Of a stretch of DNA of 64,000 nt, positions 46,123 through 55,984 are shown one piece after another. A program made the position numbers and the translations under genes. Position 1 is the stretch's first letter, and each line of letters opens with the position of its first letter. Origin of the DNA: a virus (Duplodnaviria; Caudoviricetes); the IMG/VR virus record IMGVR_UViG_3300037067_017580, positions 12,860 through 76,859 of that record; one strand, given 5' to 3'. A model generated the notes under the pieces. That model was not told the DNA's origin, did no database searches, and saw nothing but the letters and a program-made list of their open reading frames with translations.

Positions 46123-47204
46123 ATCATTTTCTCCAACATTTTTTTAGCTGTCTTTTCCCAACTAAAATTAGTAGTAGTGGCTATTGCGTTTCTTGTTATA
46201 GTATTATACTGCCCTTGCTGCAAAATTTCAACAGAATTCTTTATTTTTTTACAAAAATCTTCAAAATTAAAGCTAGACCACGTAAGTTTATCATCTTTTT
46301 TATTAAACCACTTCCCATCATGGGCCAATTCGGTTCCAATAGGGTCTATTTTTAAGCAATTACTATCTAAAATATATTCTTTATGGGCGGTGCAATCAGT
46401 TGCGATACATAAAACACCCTGTCTCATAGCTTCAAAAAGCGGCAAGTCAAATCCTTCTGCCTTGGAAAATGATAAATAAACATCTGCTTCTGAAATTGCT
46501 CTAACCATTTCACTATGTTTTTCAACGAATGGCATTATTTTAATCATATGGCGTAACGGGCTTTGTTCAATCTTTTTTAACCATTCTTGATAATTTCTAG
46601 GGTCGTCAGGAGTATTCCCGCAGTACATTTTTAATTCTACATTATCAAAAATATCAAAACACTTTTCAAAAGCCTTAATCATTTCTAAATGAGATTTACG
46701 TTGTTCCCATTTGCCAACGGTTGAAAAAACAATCGTGTCATTATGATAATTTTTGTCATATTTTTTAAAATTTATGAGATTTTCATCAAGACAAGGCGGG
46801 GCGACATAGACAGGAACTTTAATATCATTTTTCTCGCAAACCTCTTTAGCCCAATGACTTCCAACAAAAAAACCGTCTAGTGAATTGATATGATGCCGCT
46901 CTATTTCGTTTAAATGTTCTAATTCAAAAAAACTATATGCAAATCTTGTTCCACTTCCAATAGAATCAGCTAAATTATTTTGATGATAAATCTTTAGTGT
47001 CGGTACTTTTGGATTAAATTTCCAAGAATTATCGACAAACTTCCGTAAAAAACTAACATCTTGGTCTGAATAAGCAGCAATGTCACAGTTTCTTGGACAA
47101 AATAAAGAAACATTTATACCCAGCTTATCAAAAGCTTTAAGTAAATAAAATGAAACTACTCCATAGCTGAGTGAATTTATATTGGCGATTACATTTAAAT
47201 CCAT
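46119..47204 (-). CDS. GT4-like glycosyltransferase
   Basis: SLSYGVV, GKWEQRK, SKAEGFDLPLFEAM, FSWEKTA. Confidence 0.85.
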   Translation of the reverse strand: MDLNVIANINSLSYGVVSFYLLKAFDKLGINVSLFCPRNCDIAAYSDQDVSFLRKFVDNSWKFNPKVPTLKIYHQNNLADSIGSGTRFAYSFFELEHLNEIERHHINSLDGFFVGSHWAKEVCEKNDIKVPVYVAPPCLDENLINFKKYDKNYHNDTIVFSTVGKWEQRKSHLEMIKAFEKCFDIFDNVELKMYCGNTPDDPRNYQEWLKKIEQSPLRHMIKIMPFVEKHSEMVRAISEADVYLSFSKAEGFDLPLFEAMRQGVLCIATDCTAHKEYILDSNCLKIDPIGTELAHDGKWFNKKDDKLTWSSFNFEDFCKKIKNSVEILQQGQYNTITRNAIATTTNFSWEKTAKKMLEKMI

Positions 47205-47213
47205 TATATTTCC

Positions 47214-48719
47214 TTAAAAAATACTCTTTATATCATTTACAAAGAAGCAGTCCTTCTCCAGTTTTTTATATCCTCTAATAATTACCACTTCTGAACATTC
47301 TTTTTGAAGCAAAAACCTATCATTCCGAGCCTTGTCTAGTGCTTTTTGAAAAACAAGACCATTTTCGATACATCCGCTTGAGTCGCTAAATGAAATGTTC
47401 GCCATGTCTTCGCCACGTTTTGTCTTTTTGATTTTTATCTTCTCAATAATCGCGCAAACTTCAAAATTTCCTTCATCGGCCTCTACGATATCAGCACATT
47501 TATTTTTTGCCACCTTACCAAAATCATTAACCCTATTACTGGTAAGATTTATGCCAAAATACGCTCTCTCGTTAATGTCTTTAAACAAGTTGCTATCATT
47601 GTATTCATTTTTTACAAGCTTATCACACAATAAAAGAACTTCTTCTGATGGTTTTAGACGTTTCTGATCTTGAAAAATAGACAAAACAAGTGCCGACAAC
47701 GACTTATACTGGACTCCCGGATTTATGTCAATAAACTCAAACATTTTCTTTTGTTGTGCCGTAGACAATTCTTTTAATAATTTGTATTCTTCCATCATTT
47801 TTGTACGAGGAGTATTATATTCATCTAAAACACCAGCCAAAATAGCCGCCTCAACCTTAGCACTATTTGTCCCTTGTCTAGCGGCTTCGATTAAAAAATC
47901 TCTCCATGTTTTACACTCAGTAAGTTTTGATAAGGCTTTATATCCGGTTTCGCCCATTCGTTTTACGTGATTTATGCCAAAAGATATTTCATTTTCTCCC
48001 ATTATTTCAAAATCTTTATGCAAATCAAGAATCTTTGGAGGCAAAAGTTTTATATCAAAATATTTCATATCATAATAAAGTTGGCAAATCTCTTCCATCG
48101 GATCTTGTTTCATTCTGGCACACTGAAGCAAACCAAGGAAAAATGCCACTGGATAATGTGTTTTTAAATATGCTGATTTATACATATTGATTGCATAAGA
48201 ATAAGAGTGTGCCTTGTTAAACGAATAATTTCCTGATTCAATAATAATATCCATTAAATGTTCGGCATCTTCTTTTTTAACACCATTTTTAACACAGCCG
48301 TCAACAAATTTTGGCCGCAATGACTTCATCTTATCCATGTCTTTTTTGCCAATAGCTTTTCTTAATCCATCTGCTTCAATTTCTGTAAACCCTCCAAGAA
48401 CTTCTGCAATTTTAATTGTCTGTTCTTGATAAAGAATAATTCCATTTGTCGGACTTAGAACTGTTTCAAGCCGCTTATCAATATAAGAAACTTCTTTCTC
48501 TTTATTTCTAACCGCAATATATTCATCTGCCTGTTGAAGAGCACCGGGGCGAATAATCGCAATAACGTCTGAAAGATCAGATATATTTCTAGGCTTAATC
48601 ATTTTAATATAATGCTGGCACAAAGACGATTCAGCCTGAAAAATACCCTTGGTCTTTCCTTCACTAATTAATTCATATGTTTCTTTATCGTCTAATGGAA
48701 TATTGTCAAGATTAAACAA
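47214..48719 (-). CDS. dnaE: DNA polymerase III alpha, C-terminal half (fingers, beta-binding, OB fold)
   Basis: IPLDD, GIFQAES, AIIRPG, ILYQEQ, LRKAIGKK, YSFNKAH, YLKTHYP. Confidence 0.93.
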   Translation of the reverse strand: MFNLDNIPLDDKETYELISEGKTKGIFQAESSLCQHYIKMIKPRNISDLSDVIAIIRPGALQQADEYIAVRNKEKEVSYIDKRLETVLSPTNGIILYQEQTIKIAEVLGGFTEIEADGLRKAIGKKDMDKMKSLRPKFVDGCVKNGVKKEDAEHLMDIIIESGNYSFNKAHSYSYAINMYKSAYLKTHYPVAFFLGLLQCARMKQDPMEEICQLYYDMKYFDIKLLPPKILDLHKDFEIMGENEISFGINHVKRMGETGYKALSKLTECKTWRDFLIEAARQGTNSAKVEAAILAGVLDEYNTPRTKMMEEYKLLKELSTAQQKKMFEFIDINPGVQYKSLSALVLSIFQDQKRLKPSEEVLLLCDKLVKNEYNDSNLFKDINERAYFGINLTSNRVNDFGKVAKNKCADIVEADEGNFEVCAIIEKIKIKKTKRGEDMANISFSDSSGCIENGLVFQKALDKARNDRFLLQKECSEVVIIRGYKKLEKDCFFVNDIKSIF

Positions 48720-48720
48720 A

Positions 48721-51069
48721 TTATTTACTTCCTAGAGTGATTTTTCCATTTTCAAATTTACCATACTTAACAGCGTGATTCATAATATCTGTCTTTGGCT
48801 TTCCAATCTCCTTGGGATTAATTTTATAAATATCTCCAGTTTCTTTTATTAGGGCAATAATATTATAATCAGCACCATCATCCATATAATACTTAATATA
48901 AGAAACCACTGTTAGATATTTAATTACTTCTGGAGTTCTTGTATGTTCTCCATAATCAAATAATTTGTAAATATCATCAAGAATAAGAGAACATGTAGTT
49001 CCTTTCGCATTAGCAAACTTTACATACTCGCAATCTTTTTTCTTAATAATATCAAGTTTTTCATGTTTGAATTTGCTAAGAAAATCTACAAAACATTCTG
49101 AACTAAATTCCATTTTTTTCTCCTGTATAAAATTAACTGGCACATCCTGTATTTCATCAATAAGTGTTTCTTCTACTATTTCTCCCGTTATCGACTCTTT
49201 TGGATAATATAAAACATCTTTCTTTGGGATATATTTTAATGGCTTTATCTTCCGTCGATTTATCTCTCTCTGTACTATATCAAAAACCGAGAGCAATTTC
49301 AAGCCCAAAATATCTATTTTTACGCAAAAACATTCAGAATCTTTCATATCGAAGGCACAAACAAGACTTTTACTTTTGGCATCCCATTCCAGCGGCAAGT
49401 ATTCATCCACATCTGTTGAAGAAATAAGAACGCCAGCGGCATGAATACCTTTGTTTCTTACCGTTCCCTCAATAGCCTTGGCAAGCTCTATCTCTTTCTT
49501 GTATGGTTCAAAAGCCGTTCTAAACTCTTCTGAAATATCTAGTGCGCCCTGAATGGTGTTTTCTGTGTCGTCATCATGCTTTATTTCTTGATCGGGGAAC
49601 ATTTTAGTCAATACGTTTGACTGCTCAAAAGGGACTCCACAAACCCTAAAAGTGTCTTTAATAGCCGATTTTGGCTTGAGTTCTCCAAATGTACTAATGG
49701 GAAGAACTTTATTATCACCCCATTTTTCTTTAAGATGCTTAATAACATCATCTTTTATGTCGGCACTAACGTCTAAATCTACGTCGGGGAGAGAAATATG
49801 TCCCTCTGATAAACGACCAGTATTAAAGAATCTTTGAAAAGACAACTGTGTTTCTATAGGGTCAATACGTGTTATCCCTAGTAAATACGAAACCAAGCTG
49901 CCTGCTGCGCTACCACGACCAACTCCGGGAATACTTCCTGCCTTCTTTACAAAGTCAACAATGTCTAAAAGAAGAGCGAAATATGCATTAAGAGTTGTTC
50001 CGCTTACTTTTGCATTCTTAAATGTTTCATACTCAAAGTTTAATCTATCAATATACTCTTTATCTTTATGTTTTTTAAGTTCTTTAAGTTTTATCAAACA
50101 TAGATCATACACGTACTCGTCAACATTTGTATATTTTTCTGGAACAACGATTTGTGGAATCTTAGGAGAACCAAGCTCTATCTCATAATTTTCTACTTTT
50201 TCTGACATTAAAAACGTATTATTTATTTCTTCTTGCGCAAATTTCTCAAACATTTCCTCATAGCTATGCATATAATATTGAGAATTATCAGAAAAAAGAA
50301 TATCTTCGCCGGAAGCTTTTCTATTCGCCCGTTCTGCCAAGGTGGTTTTTGTCTGTGTACAAATCATTACTTCATGTGCAATTGCGTCTTCTGGTCGGCT
50401 AAAATGTGAGTCACAACTCGCACAGAGAGGAATTCCAGTCTGTTTCGATATCTCTCTAAAACATGACAAAACTACTACTTGCGCCGGATGACCTTCAATC
50501 ATTGCTTCAAGATAAAAATCATCTCCAAATATGCTCTTCCACCTATTTGCTTCTAGACACCCAGCTTCTAACCAGTTATCTTTTAAAAACTTACGACAAT
50601 TTTCTTCATCTATTTGTGAAAATGCTTCCTTATAATTAGTAAATAATTCAGTAGACACCCTCCCTATGATGCAGGCTCCGCAAGCAATAATGTTCTTATT
50701 TTTTGCTACTTCGGCAATTTTATCAAAGGTAAGACGGGGTTTAAAATAGAAGTTTTTTGCTGCAAAATTATTTAATTTTATTAAATCTTTATATCCGTTA
50801 TAGTTTTTTGCAATAATAATAATGTGGTTATTGCTTCTTTCTCCTTCGACCTCGTTGCCAAGATAAAACTCGCAACCAATCATCGGCTTAATATTTTTTT
50901 CTTTACAGGCACGATAAAACTTGATAATTCCAGATAAAGAACCATGATCGGAAATTCCAACTGTCTTCATGCCAAGTTCAACAGCGCGAGAAACAATATC
51001 TTTTGGGGATTGTAGTCCGTCTAAGATACTATAATATGAGTGGTTATGAAATAAAGTAAAATTATTCAT
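48721..51069 (-). CDS. dnaE: DNA polymerase III alpha, N-terminal half (PHP plus palm) with about 155-aa unrelated tail
   Basis: HNHSYYSILDG, DHG, GRGSAAGS, FQRF, LPDVDLD, HAAGV, KIDILGL. Confidence 0.93.
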   Translation of the reverse strand: MNNFTLFHNHSYYSILDGLQSPKDIVSRAVELGMKTVGISDHGSLSGIIKFYRACKEKNIKPMIGCEFYLGNEVEGERSNNHIIIIAKNYNGYKDLIKLNNFAAKNFYFKPRLTFDKIAEVAKNKNIIACGACIIGRVSTELFTNYKEAFSQIDEENCRKFLKDNWLEAGCLEANRWKSIFGDDFYLEAMIEGHPAQVVVLSCFREISKQTGIPLCASCDSHFSRPEDAIAHEVMICTQTKTTLAERANRKASGEDILFSDNSQYYMHSYEEMFEKFAQEEINNTFLMSEKVENYEIELGSPKIPQIVVPEKYTNVDEYVYDLCLIKLKELKKHKDKEYIDRLNFEYETFKNAKVSGTTLNAYFALLLDIVDFVKKAGSIPGVGRGSAAGSLVSYLLGITRIDPIETQLSFQRFFNTGRLSEGHISLPDVDLDVSADIKDDVIKHLKEKWGDNKVLPISTFGELKPKSAIKDTFRVCGVPFEQSNVLTKMFPDQEIKHDDDTENTIQGALDISEEFRTAFEPYKKEIELAKAIEGTVRNKGIHAAGVLISSTDVDEYLPLEWDAKSKSLVCAFDMKDSECFCVKIDILGLKLLSVFDIVQREINRRKIKPLKYIPKKDVLYYPKESITGEIVEETLIDEIQDVPVNFIQEKKMEFSSECFVDFLSKFKHEKLDIIKKKDCEYVKFANAKGTTCSLILDDIYKLFDYGEHTRTPEVIKYLTVVSYIKYYMDDGADYNIIALIKETGDIYKINPKEIGKPKTDIMNHAVKYGKFENGKITLGSK

Positions 51070-51089
51070 TTAAATCCTTTTGAAAGTAA

Positions 51090-51602
51090 TCATAATTTTT
51101 CTTTTTTAAGTCTACATTCAAGCATATTGGCAGTCTGATTTAAAATATAACAAAGCTGATCATTAATTCCAAATCTTTCTTTATTTTTTTCTATACTATC
51201 ATAAATAGAGCCATTTTTGTGTCTTTTACATGCTGCAAGCCAATCGCAAATCATTTCTGCTATGTCAGCCAAATCCATTGCTCTAATAGGATCATATAAC
51301 GTTTCAAAAGCCCATCCATTTATCTCCCAATATTCAGGATGATGCTTATTTAAAGAATAATGGTGTTTTAAGGTCTCCTTCATCTCTTCCATGCATTTTT
51401 TATACTCTTCTGAACCATACTCCATATCTTTGAGTTTTTCAGTATACTCAACAAATTGTTTTCTTTCGGGATTTTCCAATTTGCTTTTATCGTGGCAATT
51501 GGCTCTTTTTAATAACTCTTGCGCAAAAATATTAATATATCTTGACACAAGTTGTTGATGTTTTCTAGTCTCATTTTCAAAATTAAGCTCTTTATTTTCC
51601 AT
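51090..51602 (-). CDS. DUF5662-like phage protein (second copy)
   Basis: HDKSKL, HHYSLNKHHPEYW, EMICDW. Confidence 0.75.
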   Translation of the reverse strand: MENKELNFENETRKHQQLVSRYINIFAQELLKRANCHDKSKLENPERKQFVEYTEKLKDMEYGSEEYKKCMEEMKETLKHHYSLNKHHPEYWEINGWAFETLYDPIRAMDLADIAEMICDWLAACKRHKNGSIYDSIEKNKERFGINDQLCYILNQTANMLECRLKKEKL

Positions 51603-51936
51603 TTTTATTTTCTTCTATAATCTTTTTAAAAATTTGAACATACATAAATTCTTTATCTTTAATACAATAATGATGATATCCGCAAAGAGTTATAACATTA
51701 TCAACATCAAATGACCCTGAAATATTATCTGCTTTTCTTATGATATGATGCATTTGTAAATTTTTCTTATTTTTGCATTTTTTACCATCATCTTTTATAA
51801 ACTGGCACTGATGATTATCTCTTGAAAAGCACTGTTTTTGTGCATCTTTCCATTTATCAGGAAACATTTCTTTAATTGTAAACTTATTTCCTCTTTTTAA
51901 CTCTCTAAATCTTTTTGCCAGTTTTGACCTGTTCAA
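51592..51936 (-). CDS. HNH endonuclease
   Basis: RDNHQCQ...C...HHI...N.ITLC..HH. Confidence 0.85.
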   Translation of the reverse strand: MNRSKLAKRFRELKRGNKFTIKEMFPDKWKDAQKQCFSRDNHQCQFIKDDGKKCKNKKNLQMHHIIRKADNISGSFDVDNVITLCGYHHYCIKDKEFMYVQIFKKIIEENKNGK

Positions 51937-52867
51937 AAACTTTCTCCATATTTATATTTTTATTACCTTTGGACATCATCCAGCAAAGCTTATCACACTG
52001 TTTTTTGCCGCCCTTGTATTTACCATCTTCATTTTTCTCACCACGAAAAGCACAAAAATCACATTTCCAGTAACGATTAGCATTAGATATGGTCTGTTTT
52101 GGTTCCTCGCAAGAAGATATCTCAATCCATTTGTCTTTCATCACACGTAATGTTTTTTTCCACTGGTCTTCTTTATACGTAAATCTAATAGTTTTATCAT
52201 TAAAATAATAAATAACAATTTCTCTATTCTTATATTGCGGATATAAATATTTACAGGCCAAATCATATATTAAAAACTGTATGTCTTTTTGTGACTCTTC
52301 TTGTGTTTTCCCCTGCTTGGCCGTTTTATAGTCTATGATTGAAATAGTATCTTTGTCTTTTTCTATAATCAAGTCCATAAAACCAAAAATACGAAAGATA
52401 TCCCCGCCAATGGCATCAACAAATTCATATGTGCTTACGTCTAATTCTTTTGCTCTGTTTCCTAAATCGTCAAAAATAAGATTGTAATTAAAATCAAACG
52501 TTAAATCAAATTCTTTTTCTATCCCTAATACATTATAATCGAAAGGTGTGCCTTTGTCAAGACAAATCTTAAAAAGATTTTTTATACACCAGTCTTTATC
52601 AAGCCCTTTTAAATTGCACCACTCTTTTTCTTTCTCTGTATTTGTCTTCCAATGTTCTTCTAGTGAACCAAGAATGGCCTCTTTAGTTATGGTTTTGTTT
52701 TTTAAAACTAAATGAGCCATATCTTCCATAACTGAATGAAAAATAGTTCCTTTTAACGCCCCTTCGTTTTGGAACCCTTTGAGCTTACAAATATAACTAA
52801 GATAATATGCAAAATTGCACATATCAAAGTTTTTAATAGAACTTGCTGATAAGTGAGAAATAAGCAT
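51905..52867 (-). CDS. PD-(D/E)XK RecB/AddB/Cas4-like exonuclease
   Basis: LSASS, GTIFH, GFMDL, IIDYKT, Q..IY, CDFC. Confidence 0.85.
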   Translation of the reverse strand: MLISHLSASSIKNFDMCNFAYYLSYICKLKGFQNEGALKGTIFHSVMEDMAHLVLKNKTITKEAILGSLEEHWKTNTEKEKEWCNLKGLDKDWCIKNLFKICLDKGTPFDYNVLGIEKEFDLTFDFNYNLIFDDLGNRAKELDVSTYEFVDAIGGDIFRIFGFMDLIIEKDKDTISIIDYKTAKQGKTQEESQKDIQFLIYDLACKYLYPQYKNREIVIYYFNDKTIRFTYKEDQWKKTLRVMKDKWIEISSCEEPKQTISNANRYWKCDFCAFRGEKNEDGKYKGGKKQCDKLCWMMSKGNKNINMEKVFEQVKTGKKI

Positions 52868-53041
52868 TATTTATTTTCCGGAATTGGATAAATAAATACG
52901 TTTCCACTATCTTTTGTCGCACAAACATAACGCTGCTTTTTAGTTTTCTTACTTTCACAAACTAAACAAATTTCTCCACAAACATCTTCTAGCCACCAAA
53001 AATTCTCTTTAGTCTCTAGTTTTTCCATTTTATTTCTCCTA

Positions 53042-53395
53042 TTAATTGTTTTTCTTTATCAAGCCATCTTCGTTTTCAGATATCAAACTATTCTTAACAT
53101 CTTTGTATGTCGTTCTAACCCACCACATTCGAGGATAATTCCAGCTTTTTGAAACAAGGATTACTTCTTCTCCTGTTAGTTTTAAAATAGCTCTATCGTC
53201 TACTTTAAAATCATCTTTAATAACCACTATTTCTATTTTTTGATCAATCTCTACTTTAGATTCTTTCTTTAAAAAACTAGAAAGTAAAAATCCAATCAAA
53301 AAAACAAGTATAAAAATTAAAATTCTTAATCTATTGTTTCTTTTTTTGCTACTGGAAATAGTTATATTGTCTTGCGACTTCATTTGCTTCATCAT
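53042..53395 (-). CDS. Hypothetical membrane-anchored protein
   Basis: Hydrophobic ILIFILVFLIGFLL; start uncertain. Confidence 0.5.
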   Translation of the reverse strand: MMKQMKSQDNITISSSKKRNNRLRILIFILVFLIGFLLSSFLKKESKVEIDQKIEIVVIKDDFKVDDRAILKLTGEEVILVSKSWNYPRMWWVRTTYKDVKNSLISENEDGLIKKNN

Positions 53396-54440
53396 CGGTC
53401 ATTTCTCCTATGTCTTTTTTTCCATCAATTAAAACTGGTTTAACATTAAAATATCTTGACAACGACATAAATTCTGTTCTTTTTTCATTATTTATTTCAT
53501 TTTTTGTTAAATTATCATCTATAAATTTCTTTCCCGCCTTATCATTGTCTCCAAATAAGTATATCTGTCTTAGTCCGTCCAAACTCATTAGTGTCGAAAA
53601 ATAGTCTTTTGTGGCCGAACCTCCAAGCAGCGCAACTGCGTTAAAGACTCCTATTTGGTGCAACCTCATTAAATCTGGAATTCCCTCAACTAAAACAATG
53701 CTACCAATCTTCTCTACATTATACCTTATATTGTTCAAGTTGTAAAGAGCTTTTTGTGAAAATCCTTTATTTTTTTTCCATTTTATCCAAGTTGACCATC
53801 CTTCGTAGCACTTTTGCCCGTTTTCATGAAACATCTCACAGTTTGGGCATTTATCATAAATAACTCTTCCGGTAAATCCAATTATATCTCCGAGAATATC
53901 TCTTATTGGAAAGACAATCCTATTTGCCATTTCCTTTTTTTCAGCAAATCCACCCTGAAAATAATCTATCGTTTCTTCTGTAAAACCTCTTTTTAAAAAA
54001 TAATCGTGTTTTTTTAGTCTTAATAAATATTTTTCATTGTATACTATTTTCTTTGGAACTTCGTGTTTCTTGTTTTTATTTATAAAACTTAAAATAGACG
54101 CAGCTTCTTCATTCTTTTTTGGCAAATTATTTGGGTCTAGTTTAAATAAATCACATATCCAAGTAACAGAATCTTTAAAATTCTTATTTAAAACTCCACC
54201 AACTAAACCAAGAGGAGAAGATCCATGCTCCTTATCACAAGAACAACTCCAACATTTCCATCTTCCTATATTAGAATAATAAGAAAAACTAGAACGATTA
54301 TATCCATTATGAATGGGGCAACTTCCCCTATATTCATTTCCATTCTTACGAAAAACAAGCCCAAGCTCATTAAAAACAATTTCTATGTTAGTATTGCAAA
54401 CATCATTTAAAAACTGATAGTCTATTCTTACTTTTGGCAT
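53349..54440 (-). CDS. dnaG: DNA primase (CHC2 Zn finger plus TOPRIM)
   Basis: CPIH...WKCWSC, RIVFPIRD, GFTGR, LVEG..D, DNDKAG. Confidence 0.92.
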   Translation of the reverse strand: MPKVRIDYQFLNDVCNTNIEIVFNELGLVFRKNGNEYRGSCPIHNGYNRSSFSYYSNIGRWKCWSCSCDKEHGSSPLGLVGGVLNKNFKDSVTWICDLFKLDPNNLPKKNEEAASILSFINKNKKHEVPKKIVYNEKYLLRLKKHDYFLKRGFTEETIDYFQGGFAEKKEMANRIVFPIRDILGDIIGFTGRVIYDKCPNCEMFHENGQKCYEGWSTWIKWKKNKGFSQKALYNLNNIRYNVEKIGSIVLVEGIPDLMRLHQIGVFNAVALLGGSATKDYFSTLMSLDGLRQIYLFGDNDKAGKKFIDDNLTKNEINNEKRTEFMSLSRYFNVKPVLIDGKKDIGEMTDDEANEVARQYNYFQ

Positions 54441-54448
54441 TTTAAACT

Positions 54449-55984
54449 CTAAAATGGGCTAGTGTGTTCGCCAGTAGAAGCAGGAATATTATTAAGAGCA
54501 ATCTCTAGTCTATTTGTCATTTCTTTTTTTTCGGCAAATCCTACTTGAGAACAACTCATTGTTTTTTGTTCCGTAGCAGAAGTTTTTTCGTATCCATCTG
54601 AATACCTTGATAATCCCATATCTTCAAGCCTAGCAATCCTTTTATCGGCAAGAATTTTAATATACGTATCATCTGGAGTTACTGGGCCAAAACGAGATTT
54701 TGTTATAACTATTTTCATATTGGAATCGCTTTTTTGTTCTTCTCGATCAAGATTTTTAAGAATAGCAAAAGTAGAGGTCAACCATTCAATTCTATCTGAC
54801 TGTGAGGCCACTCCACCAATTTTTTCGATTCCATCACGATTTAGCTGCAAAGTTAAAAGCATCGGAACATTATAACGAACACAAAAATCATGCAAAGAAG
54901 ACATATAAAACCCAATAAGCTGGTACTCTTTAAGATTTTCAAGACCTTTTGTGTTCATCATTTTTAAATAATCATAAACAATAACACAATCTTTTACATT
55001 GCCGTTCTCGTCTTCTCCAACAACTTGACGAACCCATTTTTTCATTGCAATTAAAATTTCTTCAAATGTTTGACCGCCAACATATTTATGATATAGCTGA
55101 ATCTTTTTAAAATATGGCAAATCACCTAAAATCCTATCTTTTTTATTTTGGTCTTTTGAAAACTTACCAGTTTCAATATCATCAATCGTTACTCCTGTTC
55201 TCATTGCGGATAGTCTTCCCATCTGCTGGTCTTTAGAAAGCTCTGTGTCAATATACAAAACAGGAACCCCGTTACTGGCAACGTGATTGGCAATATTGAG
55301 AGCGATTAAAGATTTTCCTACGCCGGGACGCGCTCCAATAATGTTTACAGTTCCCCTGCGAAGACCTCTTCCGATATGAAAATCATAAGTTCTAAAACCT
55401 GTAGGAATCCCAAGATTTTCACAAGGATTACTTGATAAGAAATCTAAATATTCTTCATACGAAGATGCAAATGTGTCAAATTTTTCATTTGGATTAGATG
55501 CTTTTTCAATAACTCCATTACATTGTTTTGAAACTTCAACAAGAAAATCTTCTAAAGAAATATCGTTTCCAGAAAAATCTTCTATGTTTACTTTGGCATT
55601 TTCAATAGCCGCAATTACGTTTCTATAAATAGCTTTTTTCTTTACAGCAAGAACAAATTTATCAAGATTATCAAAATTGACATGCTTTTGTGATAAAACT
55701 TCAAGATAATTATTGTCATCGACAAGGGTAAATGTGCTTTTTTTATTCTTTTCTTTAAGTTGTAGCTTAATTAAGTCAGCGTCAATCTTTTTGTTAGGTT
55801 CTTTATCTAGCAACTCTTTAATAACAAAAAATATATCATTGTCTGTTTTATGAAAAAAATCACTTGGAATTAATCCTTTGTCATCACAAACAATAAGTGC
55901 TTCTTGTCCATATTCAAAAAGAGAACTTAAAACCATCCTCTCTGAAACAACATCAATATTGTCTGGAGAATCACCTTTTTCCAT
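54449..55984 (-). CDS. dnaB: Replicative DNA helicase with C-terminal tail
   Basis: GIPTGF, GARPGVGKS, IDTE, YDYLK, QLNR, KSRFG. Confidence 0.92.
   Translation of the reverse strand: MEKGDSPDNIDVVSERMVLSSLFEYGQEALIVCDDKGLIPSDFFHKTDNDIFFVIKELLDKEPNKKIDADLIKLQLKEKNKKSTFTLVDDNNYLEVLSQKHVNFDNLDKFVLAVKKKAIYRNVIAAIENAKVNIEDFSGNDISLEDFLVEVSKQCNGVIEKASNPNEKFDTFASSYEEYLDFLSSNPCENLGIPTGFRTYDFHIGRGLRRGTVNIIGARPGVGKSLIALNIANHVASNGVPVLYIDTELSKDQQMGRLSAMRTGVTIDDIETGKFSKDQNKKDRILGDLPYFKKIQLYHKYVGGQTFEEILIAMKKWVRQVVGEDENGNVKDCVIVYDYLKMMNTKGLENLKEYQLIGFYMSSLHDFCVRYNVPMLLTLQLNRDGIEKIGGVASQSDRIEWLTSTFAILKNLDREEQKSDSNMKIVITKSRFGPVTPDDTYIKILADKRIARLEDMGLSRYSDGYEKTSATEQKTMSCSQVGFAEKKEMTNRLEIALNNIPASTGEHTSPF
54510..54541 (-). 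repeat. 32-nt segment similar to primase coding sequence (53920..53951)
   Basis: 29/32 identity by manual alignment. Confidence 0.85.

Noticed and set aside
19750-51602. Duplicate DUF5662-like and DUF551-like genes as a special system
   Set aside because: Both families are commonly multicopy in large phages and show no shared context here
51905-52867. Cas4 as part of a CRISPR adaptation module
   Set aside because: No cas1/cas2 or array; context among primase, helicase and recA fits a recombination exonuclease
12069-55354. Diversity-generating retroelement explaining the two diverged repeats
   Set aside because: No reverse transcriptase in the window, the repeats are under 50 nt, and mismatches are mostly transitions rather than adenine-specific
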